This document shows positions 19,599 through 29,930 of a DNA stretch of 64,000 bases, piece after piece. The notes under the pieces are model-generated. The model did no database searches, had not been told where the DNA came from, and saw only the letters and a program-made list of their open reading frames with translations. The stretch comes from an uncultured virus (IMG/VR IMGVR_UViG_3300043469_001223). Its lineage: Duplodnaviria > Heunggongvirae > Uroviricota > Caudoviricetes. Numbering within the stretch: the first letter of the stretch is position 1; the number at the start of each line of letters is the position of its first letter. A program made the translations under genes and the position numbers. The DNA lies in IMG/VR virus record IMGVR_UViG_3300043469_001223. One strand, given 5' to 3'.

Positions 19599-21530
19599 AT
19601 GGCTGTCATCGAGATTGCAAAAATCCAGGTCCGAAGAGGACAAGAAAATCAAACAGGAATACCTGCACTTGCAGGTGGCGAATTTGCTTGGGCTGCTGAT
19701 ACAGAACGTCTGTTCGTCGGCTTAAGAAGAGATGACGGTGGGTCACGTGACGCAAATGTAGAAATTCTAACAGAAAATCATCTGAAGAACTTCTTCCAAG
19801 TTAGTTTCACAACATCAACTTATATCTATAGAGAAGGTTCGGCTTCTGCTGTGGCAGGAATTGACGGTATTACTGAGTATGGTGGTGCCGAATGGGATCG
19901 AACTATACAAGATAAATTAGATGATATTGTTAGTGTAAGAGATTTTGGAGTTTACGGCAATGGTAATGATTGGGATCTAGATAGGTTACAATTTACTATT
20001 GATAGGCTGTTTTTAAATAATGCAAAGTACAATATTGATCCGGCTAAAAAGTTGTATTTTCCAGCCGGTACATATTACATAACAGGAACTGTTTATATTC
20101 CTGCTTATACTAATATTATAGGTGATGGTATTGGAAAGACTGTATTTGTTTTGACAACGAATACATCTGCTATGATTAAAACAATGGATAGTCGGTCCGT
20201 CAGTGGCCTTAACCCACTTACATTCGACTCAGGTGGTTTTGTAACTACAGGTACTGCAAGATTCATTCAAATGAGTGATCTTACATTACAGTATAATACA
20301 GCTACAACTGTTACATCAGCAATGAGTTTGTTAAGTCTTGACTGTGCCGACAACTCGTTAATTAGGAATGTAGAGTTTAAAGGCAATCACACAACGGGAA
20401 CTGGAGTATTAACTACATCAGGTTACGTAGGATTAAACCTACGAGGTAAGACAGAAAACGGAACACATGCTAATTCTATTATTGACAATTGTTCCTTTGA
20501 TGGTCTTTATTCTGGAGTTATATCTAATCATGATATTAAAACAATTACGATTCAAAACTCAGAATTTAATACATTGGTAAGAGGCGTAACATTTAATGAT
20601 CCTAAAGACGGAACAGCCTTAGTTGGACCTACCTTTGTAAAAATTGCCAACAACAGATTTGATGTTATAGAACGAGAAGCTATTTACGTAGGTAGTAATG
20701 GTTCTAACACAGGTAGTTATGTAATAAGTCAGAACAACTTTTTTGAAAGAGTTGGCATACGACACGATGACGAATACGGTGACATAGGATCAACCGCCAG
20801 CGCGGTTATTAGTTTCTTATCTGATCAAAACTCCAGCATCAATGATCATTTTAGACGAGCACTTGTTCATAAGCAATATATCAACACTCCTTTAACTACA
20901 TATTATAGACCTCTAGTTGACGGAAGAACTACACTAGACGAAGTATTTGTTACCACTGCAACTATCTATCCTGGCAACACTGCAACTACCTTCTTAAGAT
21001 TACCTATTACAGGCAACAGTCAACATTTAGGTATTAAGTACAGTGCATTTAGACAAAATGCAGGAGCAAGTACTGCTACTGTTATTATTGGCACAATAAA
21101 CGGAACCACTGCTACTATAAATGATACTACTTCAGTGTTAGAGTTTTCTACCGTTGAAATTCTTGTAGCTTCTACAGTAACTTCAGTTATTCCACCTAAT
21201 ACAGTAATTGATGCGGTTGATTATGATACAAATACGATCACATTTTCAAATACTGTTACATTGGCGGCAACTGACATTTTAGCTTTTGCTTCACAGTTAG
21301 ATAGAATGGGTAACCTAGGTGTTTACCTACAAGATAGTGCAAACCCTAATGTATTGGTCACTGACGATTACAACTTTATTAATTCAGACGGTGGCCTAGC
21401 GTTCTTTGTCAGCGTAAATAATACAGGAAGCTATTACGAAATTAGTGCAAGTTTAAATACAGACACAAATTTTGGTCCTGTTATAACAGTTCCCGTAGTT
21501 CTTGAATTCCAAAATAAATTAATGCTGTAA
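19599..21530 (+). CDS. Tail/baseplate-associated beta-helix protein
   Basis: KIQVRRG..GEFAW..D..RLFVG N-terminus; VSVRDFG..GNG..D and LYFPAGTY pectate-lyase-3-like motifs. Confidence 0.7.
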   Translation: MAVIEIAKIQVRRGQENQTGIPALAGGEFAWAADTERLFVGLRRDDGGSRDANVEILTENHLKNFFQVSFTTSTYIYREGSASAVAGIDGITEYGGAEWDRTIQDKLDDIVSVRDFGVYGNGNDWDLDRLQFTIDRLFLNNAKYNIDPAKKLYFPAGTYYITGTVYIPAYTNIIGDGIGKTVFVLTTNTSAMIKTMDSRSVSGLNPLTFDSGGFVTTGTARFIQMSDLTLQYNTATTVTSAMSLLSLDCADNSLIRNVEFKGNHTTGTGVLTTSGYVGLNLRGKTENGTHANSIIDNCSFDGLYSGVISNHDIKTITIQNSEFNTLVRGVTFNDPKDGTALVGPTFVKIANNRFDVIEREAIYVGSNGSNTGSYVISQNNFFERVGIRHDDEYGDIGSTASAVISFLSDQNSSINDHFRRALVHKQYINTPLTTYYRPLVDGRTTLDEVFVTTATIYPGNTATTFLRLPITGNSQHLGIKYSAFRQNAGASTATVIIGTINGTTATINDTTSVLEFSTVEILVASTVTSVIPPNTVIDAVDYDTNTITFSNTVTLAATDILAFASQLDRMGNLGVYLQDSANPNVLVTDDYNFINSDGGLAFFVSVNNTGSYYEISASLNTDTNFGPVITVPVVLEFQNKLML

Positions 21531-21537
21531 GGAAAAT

Positions 21538-21972
21538 ATGTTTAACCAACCTGTAGATGACAGATTAACAGAGTGGACAAATCATAGAAGGAAATTAGAC
21601 GAGGTTGAGAATCCCTTACAGGTAGTTTGGGATTTTTGGCACCATGCCCCCTTCATACCATATAATAGATCAATTGATCCTTACTATCAACAAAGCTGGC
21701 CCAGTCCTTGGGAAATTATTGTAGAAAACGTCTACGACGATTTTACCAAAGCACTAATGATTAGCTGGACGCTTAAATTGACAAAAAAATTTAAGGATAG
21801 TAACATTGAAGTCCGCACTTTAGTAGACAACAACCAAACGAGAGAGTATAATTTAGTTTATATTGATGATAAGTGGGTTGTCAATTATGACGACAACGGA
21901 CCTGTACCAGTTGATAAAGTCAACGGGTCATTTAAGATAGAAAATCTAGTTGAAGTTACTGCCCCCAGGTAA
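21538..21972 (+). CDS. Hypothetical protein
   Basis: AAGGA RBS; WPSPWE motif. Confidence 0.65.
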   Translation: MFNQPVDDRLTEWTNHRRKLDEVENPLQVVWDFWHHAPFIPYNRSIDPYYQQSWPSPWEIIVENVYDDFTKALMISWTLKLTKKFKDSNIEVRTLVDNNQTREYNLVYIDDKWVVNYDDNGPVPVDKVNGSFKIENLVEVTAPR

Positions 21973-22007
21973 ATACCAGCTTAGAAGAAAAATAAAGGAA
22001 GTACCTC

Positions 22008-24338
22008 ATGATTACAGTGGTTAAACGTAATGGGAATCGTGTCCCCTTAGACATAGCAAAGATACAAAGACAGGTAGCATATTCGTGTAGAGGTATAGAT
22101 GGAGTAAGTCCATCCATGATTGAGATCAAGGCACAGATTGAACTACACGACGGAATGACCACTAAAACCATCGACGAACTACTGTTAAAAGCAATGGTCG
22201 ACTTGATCGACGAAACAGAAAATCCAGAAATTAATAATGTAAACTATCAACAGGTAGCTGGCAGGCAAAAAGTCAGTATGTTACGTAAAGAAGTATACGG
22301 AGAGTATGATCCTCCTAAACTATACAGCATTGTTAAAAAGAATGTAGAGCTAGGTATGTATACTAGTGATCTGCTAGAATGGTATACACAAGAAGAATGG
22401 GATATTATTGACCTATTCATTGATCATAGCAAAGATGAAAACTATACCTATGCAGCCGTGGCACAATTGGCTGAAAAGTATCTAGTACAAAATCGTGCTA
22501 CAGGTATAATCTATGAAACTCCTCAGGTTCGTTATGCTATTGCCGCCGCAACAGCTTTTCACAATGAATCTAAGGATAAAAGACTAAAATTAGTAAAGGA
22601 ATATTATGAGTGTGCAAGTGATGGCCACTTTACTTTAGCTACCCCTGTCCTTGCTGGCCTTGGCACCACAACTAAACAATTCAGTAGTTGCGTACTTATT
22701 AGTAGTGATGATACTCTTGATTCGATCTTTGCCGCAGGCGAAATGATGGCCAAATATGCTTCAAAACGAGCCGGAATTGGTCTCGAAATTGGCAGAATCC
22801 GCCCCTTAGGGGCCCCTATTCGCAACGGTGAGATCAAGCATACGGGTATGATACCATTCTTAAAGAAATGGTTTGCAGACCTTCGCAGTTGCAGTCAAGG
22901 CGGTATTCGTAATGCTAGCTGTACAGTAACTTTTCCCATCTGGCATTATCAGTTTGAGGACCTTATTGTTCTAAAGAACAACCAAGGTACCGAGGAAGTG
23001 CGGGTACGCCAAATGGACTATAGTGTTGTTGTTAATGCTATGTTCTGGAATCGGTATAAGCGTGGCGAAACAATGAGTTTGTTTGATCCAGCAGAAGTTC
23101 CGGATCTATACGAAGCCTACTACAGAGACTCAGCAGAATTTGAAAAGTTGTATCTACAATATGAACAAGATAAGACAAAGAAAAAGAAAGTTGTATCAGC
23201 GGATGAGATATTCAAAAATGGAATCCTTAAAGAGCGAACTGATACGGGGCGTATATATCTTGTCAATATCGACAACGTTATTAACCAGGGTCCATTTGAT
23301 ACAACCTTGGATCCAATATATCAATCAAACTTATGCCAGGAGATACTTTTACCCACCCGCCCTTTCCAGAGAATTGAAGATCCAGAGGGACGAATTGCTC
23401 TTTGCACTCTTGGCAGCATCAACTGGGGAGCGTTCCGTAACCCACAAGAGATGAGAAAAGCCTGTCGTGTGCTGGTCCGAAGTTTAAGTAATTTACTACA
23501 ATATCAAGATTTTTTAAGTGTACAAAGTAAACTCGCTAATCAAGACTTCGAACCACTTGGAGTTGGCATTACTAATCTTGCTTACTGGCATGCACGTAAA
23601 AGTTTCAAATACGGGACCGATGAAGCATTAGCTGAAGTTAAGCGTTGGACGGAACACCAAGCATACTACCTAACCGAAATGAGTGTCGAGCTTGCCCAAG
23701 AACGTGGCCCATGCGGACGTAGTCAGTACACTTACTATGGTAAGGGAGTGTTTCCCTGGGAGCGTCGTAAACCTGGAGTTAACGAATTAACTGACTTTAC
23801 TCCTAGTATGGATTGGGAACCATTACGTGAAAGAATGATCAAGTACGGTATTCGTAATGCTACCTTAATGGCCGTGGCACCAGTAGAGTCCAGTTCAGTT
23901 GTGTTAAACTCTACCAACGGAATTGAAATGCCGATGGAATTGATTTCTGTAAAGGAATCGAAAGCTGGATCGTTTGTACAAGTCGTGCCAGAGTACAAAC
24001 GTCTAAAGAATCGTTATCAGTTGATGTGGGATCAGAAGGACTGTGTTGACTATTTGAAGACCAGTGCTGTGCTTGCTGCCTACATTGATCAAAGCCTGAG
24101 CACTAATACATTCTACAACCCGGCACATTTTGCTGGAGGAAAAGTGCCGGGTACATTAATTGCTAAAAATTTAATGTTAGCCTACAAATGGGGCATTAAG
24201 ACAATCTATTACAGTTTAATTAATAAAATGGGTGCAAAGGCAGATGTAACAAACACTAACATATCTATCCCCATTGCAATCAATGCCGCAGATAATGTAG
24301 TATTGTACGATGATGATTGCGAAGCCTGTAAATTATAA
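22008..24338 (+). CDS. nrdA: Ribonucleotide reductase class Ia, alpha subunit
   Basis: ATP-cone VVKRNG, FSSCVL, QGGIR, SNLCQEI, APVESSS, KTIYY, C-terminal CEAC. Confidence 0.97.
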   Translation: MITVVKRNGNRVPLDIAKIQRQVAYSCRGIDGVSPSMIEIKAQIELHDGMTTKTIDELLLKAMVDLIDETENPEINNVNYQQVAGRQKVSMLRKEVYGEYDPPKLYSIVKKNVELGMYTSDLLEWYTQEEWDIIDLFIDHSKDENYTYAAVAQLAEKYLVQNRATGIIYETPQVRYAIAAATAFHNESKDKRLKLVKEYYECASDGHFTLATPVLAGLGTTTKQFSSCVLISSDDTLDSIFAAGEMMAKYASKRAGIGLEIGRIRPLGAPIRNGEIKHTGMIPFLKKWFADLRSCSQGGIRNASCTVTFPIWHYQFEDLIVLKNNQGTEEVRVRQMDYSVVVNAMFWNRYKRGETMSLFDPAEVPDLYEAYYRDSAEFEKLYLQYEQDKTKKKKVVSADEIFKNGILKERTDTGRIYLVNIDNVINQGPFDTTLDPIYQSNLCQEILLPTRPFQRIEDPEGRIALCTLGSINWGAFRNPQEMRKACRVLVRSLSNLLQYQDFLSVQSKLANQDFEPLGVGITNLAYWHARKSFKYGTDEALAEVKRWTEHQAYYLTEMSVELAQERGPCGRSQYTYYGKGVFPWERRKPGVNELTDFTPSMDWEPLRERMIKYGIRNATLMAVAPVESSSVVLNSTNGIEMPMELISVKESKAGSFVQVVPEYKRLKNRYQLMWDQKDCVDYLKTSAVLAAYIDQSLSTNTFYNPAHFAGGKVPGTLIAKNLMLAYKWGIKTIYYSLINKMGAKADVTNTNISIPIAINAADNVVLYDDDCEACKL

Positions 24339-24350
24339 AGAGAACCACAC

Positions 24351-25451
24351 ATGAGCAAAGAACAATACAATCTATCAAAACAAACAAACTATCTAAAACG
24401 TACAATGTTTCTGGATCCAGCTGGTCCAGTTACTGTGCAACGCTTTGAAGAAGTCAAGTACCCTAAGATTACCAAGTACGAAGAACTTGCTCGTGGATTC
24501 TTTTGGGTCCCAGAAGAGATCAGTCTTACTAAAGACAAGATGGATCACAAGGATGCAAGTGATGCAGTTAAGCATATTTTTACTAGTAACTTACTGCGTC
24601 AGACAGCATTAGATAGTATTCAAGGTCGCGCACCTAATCAAGTATTTCAACCTGTTATCAGTATTCCTGAACTAGAAGCATTAGTAAGCAATTGGAGTTT
24701 CTTTGAAACAAATATTCACTCAAAATCTTACAGTCACATTATTCGTAATGTCTATGGCGTACCTAAAGAAGAATTTAACAAGATTCACGACACGGCTGAA
24801 ATTGTTGGCATGGCTGCTAACATTGGTCGCTACTATGAGGATCTTCATCAGCTCAACTGTCGTAAAGAGTTGGGCGAGGAAATTGAACTCCATACTCATA
24901 AGCGAGCCATATGGTTGGCCTTACACGCATCATATGCATTGGAGGCTCTACGCTTCATGGTAAGTTTTGCCACAAGTCTAGCAATGGTAGAGAATAAGAT
25001 CTATATTGGCAACGGTAACATCATCAGTTTGATTCTACAAGATGAGTTGTTACATACAGAATGGACTGCCTGGCTGATCAACAACGTGACTAAAGATGAT
25101 ACAGACTTTGTAAAACTTGAAGAAGAATGTGCAGAAGAAGTCTATACCCTCTATATGGATGTCATCCGAGAAGAAAAAGAGTGGGCAGATTATTTGTTCA
25201 AGCTAGGACCAGTTATTGGCCTTAATGCTACTATCCTGTCTGACTTTGTTGACTACACTGCGTTTGTGCGTTTAAAGGAAATTGGTATTAAGTATCAAGG
25301 AGAGCATCCTAAGTTTAGTCCTATCCCTTGGTTCAACAAACACGTTAATATCAATAAGAAACAGACCGCCTTGCAAGAAAACGAAAGTACTAACTATGTC
25401 ATCGGTGTTATGAGTGATGCAGTTAGTTACGACGAATTACCGGATTTATAA
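24351..25451 (+). CDS. nrdB: Ribonucleotide reductase class Ia, beta subunit
   Basis: FFWVPEEI, ETNIHSKSY, EALRFMVSF, DELLH, QENE..NY. Confidence 0.97.
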   Translation: MSKEQYNLSKQTNYLKRTMFLDPAGPVTVQRFEEVKYPKITKYEELARGFFWVPEEISLTKDKMDHKDASDAVKHIFTSNLLRQTALDSIQGRAPNQVFQPVISIPELEALVSNWSFFETNIHSKSYSHIIRNVYGVPKEEFNKIHDTAEIVGMAANIGRYYEDLHQLNCRKELGEEIELHTHKRAIWLALHASYALEALRFMVSFATSLAMVENKIYIGNGNIISLILQDELLHTEWTAWLINNVTKDDTDFVKLEEECAEEVYTLYMDVIREEKEWADYLFKLGPVIGLNATILSDFVDYTAFVRLKEIGIKYQGEHPKFSPIPWFNKHVNINKKQTALQENESTNYVIGVMSDAVSYDELPDL

Positions 25452-25455
25452 AACT

Positions 25456-25830
25456 ATGGCATACTCAAATAAAGTAATTGACCATTACGAAAACCCTCGT
25501 AATGTAGGTAAGTTTGAAATAGACGACACTGTAGGTACAGGCATGGTCGGTGCACCTGCTTGCGGTGACGTAATGAAATTACAGATAAAGGTAGATGAAA
25601 ATGGTATTATTAGAGATGCTCGTTTCAAGACATATGGATGTGGTTCAGCAATCGCCAGCTCCAGTCTTGTCACTGAGATGGTTAAAGGAATGCATGTGGA
25701 TGATGCTAGTAACATTCGTAATAGCCAGATTGCTGAAGAATTAGCACTACCGCCCGTTAAGATACATTGCAGTATATTGGCTGAAGATGCTATTAAAGCT
25801 GCTGTTGAAGATTATCGTAAAAAACATTAA
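25456..25830 (+). CDS. iscU: Fe-S cluster scaffold IscU
   Basis: YSNKVIDHYENPRNVG, GAPACGDVM, GCGSAIASSS, LPPVKIHCS. Confidence 0.97.
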   Translation: MAYSNKVIDHYENPRNVGKFEIDDTVGTGMVGAPACGDVMKLQIKVDENGIIRDARFKTYGCGSAIASSSLVTEMVKGMHVDDASNIRNSQIAEELALPPVKIHCSILAEDAIKAAVEDYRKKH

Positions 25831-26157
25831 ATGATAACATTAATGGAACAAGCTGCCGCTAAAGTTAAGAAACATCTAGAACGAAGAGGCAAAGGGCTAG
25901 GGATACGTATCGGTGTAAAAACCACAGGGTGTTCTGGCTTGGCTTATACGTTAGAATTTGTAGATCATGTTCCAGTAACTCGCGATCAATTTGTCTACGA
26001 AAGCAACGGTGTTAAAGTTTGGGTAGATGGAAAATCTTATCCGTATGTTAATGGATTGGAAGTACACTGGGTACGCAACGGACTTAATGAAGGATTTGAA
26101 TTTAAGAATCCTAACGAACGTGACCGATGTGGATGCGGTGAAAGTTTTAGAGTATGA
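25831..26157 (+). CDS. iscA: Fe-S cluster A-type carrier IscA
   Basis: [15 protein letters not shown]...CGCGESF. Confidence 0.95.
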   Translation: MITLMEQAAAKVKKHLERRGKGLGIRIGVKTTGCSGLAYTLEFVDHVPVTRDQFVYESNGVKVWVDGKSYPYVNGLEVHWVRNGLNEGFEFKNPNERDRCGCGESFRV

Positions 26158-26182
26158 ATTATCAGTTTAAAGGAAATATAAA

Positions 26183-26407
26183 ATGAAAGCGATTGTGTGG
26201 TCTAAGTACCATTGCCCCTACTGCGATCAAGCAAAGGCATTACTAAAACAGAAAGGCATTGCCTTTGAAGAAAAGAAAATAGGTGATGGTTATACCAAAG
26301 AAGAATTATTAGAAGCTGTACCAACAGCTAGAGCAGTTCCCCAAATCTTTTTAGATGGGGAGCTAGTTGGCGGCTTCACCGAACTAAAGGCAAAACTAAA
26401 TGGCTAA
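26183..26407 (+). CDS. Glutaredoxin
   Basis: CPYC, VPQIF, GGF. Confidence 0.93.
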   Translation: MKAIVWSKYHCPYCDQAKALLKQKGIAFEEKKIGDGYTKEELLEAVPTARAVPQIFLDGELVGGFTELKAKLNG

Positions 26408-26846
26408 TAGTGATGATGAACTATCCATCTCTTTAGATGATCCACTCGACAATACCATGTCAATAGACATTAGCAATACGATGAACTACTCTTTTTCATC
26501 AACTGGTGCAACAGGAGCTTCGGGATCTTATTATGTATCTACTGGAGCAGGGGGTAACGGAACATGGGCAACTAACCCTTATGTTTTTACAACTGCTAAT
26601 TCCAGCGTAGCAAGCATGTCACACGCAGGGCTACACGTTACTAGCGATGCTAAGTTTGATGGCGACATTAAATGGAAGGGCCGAAGCCTTGGAGAACTGT
26701 TAACTACTATTGAAAAGAGACTGGCTATCCTAACTCCGGATCCGGCCAAGTTAGAGCACTTTGAGGCACTCCAGAAAGCATACCAGCATTATAAAACTCT
26801 AGAAGCACTGTGCGAGATACCTGAGAAGAAAGATGACGGATCCTAA
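26400..26846 (+). CDS. Hypothetical protein
   Basis: ORF; IEKRLAIL..L..AY..YK C-terminus. Confidence 0.65.
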   Translation: MANSDDELSISLDDPLDNTMSIDISNTMNYSFSSTGATGASGSYYVSTGAGGNGTWATNPYVFTTANSSVASMSHAGLHVTSDAKFDGDIKWKGRSLGELLTTIEKRLAILTPDPAKLEHFEALQKAYQHYKTLEALCEIPEKKDDGS

Positions 26847-26991
26847 AGATCAAAAGATAGCTGCACTTGAGCAGCAACTTGCTAGGCTAACTCAGCAGGT
26901 TAAAGAATTAAATCAGCGTGTCTCTTTTATAGAAAGAGAAAACGCCCGACGTAAACAAGACATAAACATTTTAGCACAACGAAAAGGATAA
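26833..26991 (+). CDS. Small coiled-coil protein (52 aa, not in ORF track)
   Basis: MTDPKDQKIAALEQQLARLTQQVKELNQRVSFIERE... fills the operon gap. Confidence 0.65.
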   Translation: MTDPKDQKIAALEQQLARLTQQVKELNQRVSFIERENARRKQDINILAQRKG

Positions 26992-26994
26992 AAC

Positions 26995-27282
26995 ATGTTA
27001 TTAGAAAAACAAATCGCTACAGGAGATGTAGTAAGTCTTAAATTATTAAACGGTGACGAAATTATCGCACGTTTTGAAGGCGAAACAGCCACTGAGATTA
27101 AATTAGACAGACCAAAAGCATTGACTATGAATGCACAAGGATTAGGAATGATTCCTTGGTTGTTCTTGGGTGCAAAAAATATAATCACATTACAAAAAGC
27201 ACACGTATTTTGTATGGTACCTAGTCAAAAGGAAGCCGCAGATCAATATATGCAAGGTACTACTGGTATAGCAATGGCTTAA
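26995..27282 (+). CDS. Conserved phage protein, possibly Sm-like fold
   Basis: VSLKLLNGDEIIAR...P...GLGMIPW; fold call is tentative. Confidence 0.55.
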   Translation: MLLEKQIATGDVVSLKLLNGDEIIARFEGETATEIKLDRPKALTMNAQGLGMIPWLFLGAKNIITLQKAHVFCMVPSQKEAADQYMQGTTGIAMA

Positions 27283-27303
27283 ATACTAGTTTAAGAGATC
27301 AAT

Positions 27304-27771
27304 ATGGCGATATATTCTATTACCCCGGACATTATAGAAGTCGATGAAGGCGGCAGTGTTGTTTTTACGGTTGATGTAACTGACGGTTCTACTAGTACAT
27401 ACGGTGTTACTATTAAATCAGGAACCAGTACATTTGCTAATGCAACAGACTTTTCTGATGTTTTTGGGCTTTGGGGAGACATTACATTACCGGATAGTTT
27501 ATTATCCGGTGTAGTTACCTTTACCAAAACAATGTCGACAAACACTACTACACCACCTGAAGGTCCAGAATTTTTCATCGTCCAATTAAGAGAAAATAAC
27601 ACTTCGGGCGCAGTATTAGCCGTAACTCAAAACATTGTCATTGTAGATACCCCTATTAGCATTGATCCAGATAACGGTATGATAGGTGCTGTATCCAATG
27701 ATAATAGTAAGCCTGCATTTTATTTTAACGGTAACTGGTATAAGATAACCGGTACCGCTATTCCATTGTAA
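27304..27771 (+). CDS. Calx-beta/Ig-like domain protein
   Basis: VDEGGSVVFTV...EGPEFF.VQL pattern. Confidence 0.55.
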   Translation: MAIYSITPDIIEVDEGGSVVFTVDVTDGSTSTYGVTIKSGTSTFANATDFSDVFGLWGDITLPDSLLSGVVTFTKTMSTNTTTPPEGPEFFIVQLRENNTSGAVLAVTQNIVIVDTPISIDPDNGMIGAVSNDNSKPAFYFNGNWYKITGTAIPL

Positions 27772-27780
27772 ACTAAACTT

Positions 27781-28608
27781 ATGCCTTATATTCCTGGTGG
27801 TGGTAGAATTAGCGATGTATATCGCAGCGGAAATGTGTATGTAAACAATGTTCCTGTCGCCTTGTGGCTTGCACCCGGGGGCAGTTCTGCCTTTGCAGGT
27901 GTAAGTGCATCTAGTGCAATAACAATTCCGCCTGATGTAGAAGTTGCTATTGCAACTCAGACAAACGATCTTGTTGCGGCGCAGATAGCAAACCCTTCCG
28001 GACAAAATCAATATTATACTCCAGAGGCAGCAGTTGACGGAGTAAAAGGAAATTACGCACCTATTGAAGACCAAACATTCAATACAGGTACAGTTAGCAC
28101 ATCGACTTCAGCATCCGATATCGTTCCGTTCTTGCAACGCACTATGGAAGAAGCAGGTCGAGGTATGTGGAGAGAAACTGGTCAGGCCGGAGGCGTTAGT
28201 AATAAAAATATTACAGGTATATGGTCCAATCTAGGATACCCTAATTCAGGACCGTGGGTCAGTGATCAAACTGCATGGTGCATGGGTTTCATAAACTTTG
28301 GATTAAAGTGTTCAGGATACAAATATGTCCAGACTGCAAGTGCAGCCGCAATAACAACCACACCCGAACGTTGGGGTGCAGTGCAGGTACCTAAAGATCA
28401 AGCACAGCCAGGTGATATTGCATTTTGGAGTTATAGGCACGTAAACTTTGTCTACACGGCTAACAATGGAAAGTTTACTTTTGTTGGCGGGAATCAAAGT
28501 CCAAAAGCAAGTAATAATCCAAATGATGGCGATGTTACAATTTCATACCCGGGTGGTACAGCGGCAAGTAATCCAAGTTGGGTAAGTTGCTGGAGAATTA
28601 CCAAATAA
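27781..28608 (+). CDS. NlpC/P60-CHAP-like peptidoglycan hydrolase, probably tail-associated
   Basis: DQTAWCMGF...PGDIAFW...HVNFV...GGNQS; N-terminal 'SGNVYVNN' spike-like motif. Confidence 0.7.
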   Translation: MPYIPGGGRISDVYRSGNVYVNNVPVALWLAPGGSSAFAGVSASSAITIPPDVEVAIATQTNDLVAAQIANPSGQNQYYTPEAAVDGVKGNYAPIEDQTFNTGTVSTSTSASDIVPFLQRTMEEAGRGMWRETGQAGGVSNKNITGIWSNLGYPNSGPWVSDQTAWCMGFINFGLKCSGYKYVQTASAAAITTTPERWGAVQVPKDQAQPGDIAFWSYRHVNFVYTANNGKFTFVGGNQSPKASNNPNDGDVTISYPGGTAASNPSWVSCWRITK

Positions 28609-28612
28609 TCGG

Positions 28613-28641
28613 TTGACAAACTGGTAAAATCACAGTATAAT
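28613..28641 (+). promoter_or_regulatory. Consensus sigma70 promoter
   Basis: TTGACA-N17-TATAAT. Confidence 0.85.
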
Positions 28642-28661
28642 ATAAACAAGTAGGAAGCAGT

Positions 28662-28871
28662 ATGCAGGGAAAAGTTAAATGGTTTAATAATTCAAAAGGT
28701 TTTGGATTTATCGTTCCAGATGGTACAACTGATGATGTGTTTGCACACTTTAGTCAAATCCAAATGGAAGGATATAAGACACTGGCAGTTGGACAAGAAG
28801 TAGAATTTGATCTAACTGAAGGTGACAAAGGTAAGCAAGCTCAAAATATTCGATCAACTAAGAAAGTTTAA
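28662..28871 (+). CDS. csp: Cold-shock protein
   Basis: [22 protein letters not shown]. Confidence 0.95.
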   Translation: MQGKVKWFNNSKGFGFIVPDGTTDDVFAHFSQIQMEGYKTLAVGQEVEFDLTEGDKGKQAQNIRSTKKV

Positions 28872-28872
28872 A

Positions 28873-29019
28873 ATGTACACATACGAAGTTTGGATCCGAC
28901 TTAACGCATATCAAACCGCACACGTTCGCGTAAATGCTAACGATGACCTGCAGGCCAAGATGCTTGCAGAAGCACAGTACGGTTCAGGTAACGTGTTAAA
29001 CTGGACCCGAATTGGCTGA
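28873..29019 (+). CDS. Small hypothetical protein
   Basis: MYTYEVWIRL...AEAQYG.GNV. Confidence 0.6.
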   Translation: MYTYEVWIRLNAYQTAHVRVNANDDLQAKMLAEAQYGSGNVLNWTRIG

Positions 29020-29503
29020 TGAACGTTCAAATCTTGCCAAAGGAAGAACCAGTTATGATTCTACATCTACTGGTTCGTTAATTCCGTTCTTCAATAGAAA
29101 CGTCAGTGAATATCCCACAGAAGCAGGCGGTATCAAATTTGACCTAGTTCCCGTAACTAAGCAAAAAGATATCATGATCAACCATGCTAGGATATATGCC
29201 CAGCAAGAATATGATCGGATTATGCAGTTAGTATCTGTACTTGAAACACAAGCCCAGCAGATCAAACGACGGTTAGAAATAACTGACGCAGTACATGCCG
29301 CTGAATATCAATTCAGCCCTGTGCTAGGACAATCATACTGGTTAACTTGGGACAAGAGGAAATCAAAAACATTGTTAGTGTTTCAGGGACCGGATGGATG
29401 GTCAAGTAGTGCTCCTGAAGATTATGAATATATTGCTCACGTAAAATATATGGGTGATCATACTTGGATGGAACTTGACAGTCAAGGCAATCCTGTTGTA
29501 TAA
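29012..29503 (+). CDS. DUF2452-like protein
   Basis: YPTE.G..KF.LV...A.YQF.PV.G..Y....GPD.W....D.TW. Confidence 0.6.
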   Translation: MADERSNLAKGRTSYDSTSTGSLIPFFNRNVSEYPTEAGGIKFDLVPVTKQKDIMINHARIYAQQEYDRIMQLVSVLETQAQQIKRRLEITDAVHAAEYQFSPVLGQSYWLTWDKRKSKTLLVFQGPDGWSSSAPEDYEYIAHVKYMGDHTWMELDSQGNPVV

Positions 29504-29504
29504 T
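29475..29504 (+). promoter_or_regulatory. Sigma70 promoter driving the ncRNA/tmRNA locus
   Basis: TTGACA-N18-TATAAT, overlapping TAAATA. Confidence 0.7.
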
Positions 29505-29508
29505 AAAT

Positions 29509-29605
29509 AATAGACTTTCGCAGGGGCAAGTTTGCGTAGCAGATATGCAGTAGGTGAGATTCCTGCAGGCTTAGCAGAGGCCAAACACACCCTGGGAAGT
29601 CTGTT
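29509..29605 (+). ncRNA. Unassigned ~97-nt structured RNA upstream of the tmRNA
   Basis: Closing helix AATAGACTTTC/GGAAGTCTGTT plus CAGGG/CCCTG, with internal hairpins. Confidence 0.55.
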
Positions 29606-29930
29606 AAAAGTTAAGACTGTATGAAGTAGACAGAAAAGGATTCAAGACGCGGGGGCAGTGCCCGCCAGGTCCACCATAAAACATATTTCCGACAGTAGGC
29701 GGAGGTGACAATGTCCATTCGGGTGAGTATGTTTTATAATGGGCCTGACACAGGATCGATTGGGTCAAGAGTATTGAAATGGACAGTCCGGCAATGTAGA
29801 AGCCGTTAGGATTGGGGTGACCCGGTCGCAGAAGCAAAAAACCTAAATGCAAACGATGCATACTTTGGAGAAGACCGCCTAGCAGCGTGATCTCCACGAG
29901 GTAGTTATACCTTGTCACCCAAAATAGCAG
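29606..29930 (+). ncRNA. ssrA: Circularly permuted two-piece tmRNA, tag ANDAYFGEDRLAA
   Basis: Acceptor piece ends CAGGTCCACCA (29676). Coding piece starts GGGCCTG (29741), giving G3:U70. Tag ORF at 29849-29890. Confidence 0.92.

Noticed and set aside
22008..25451. Introns/inteins in nrdA/nrdB
   Set aside because: Both frames are continuous and of normal length.
29646..29676. tRNA gene
   Set aside because: The T-arm/CCA belongs to the permuted tmRNA; there is no D or anticodon arm.
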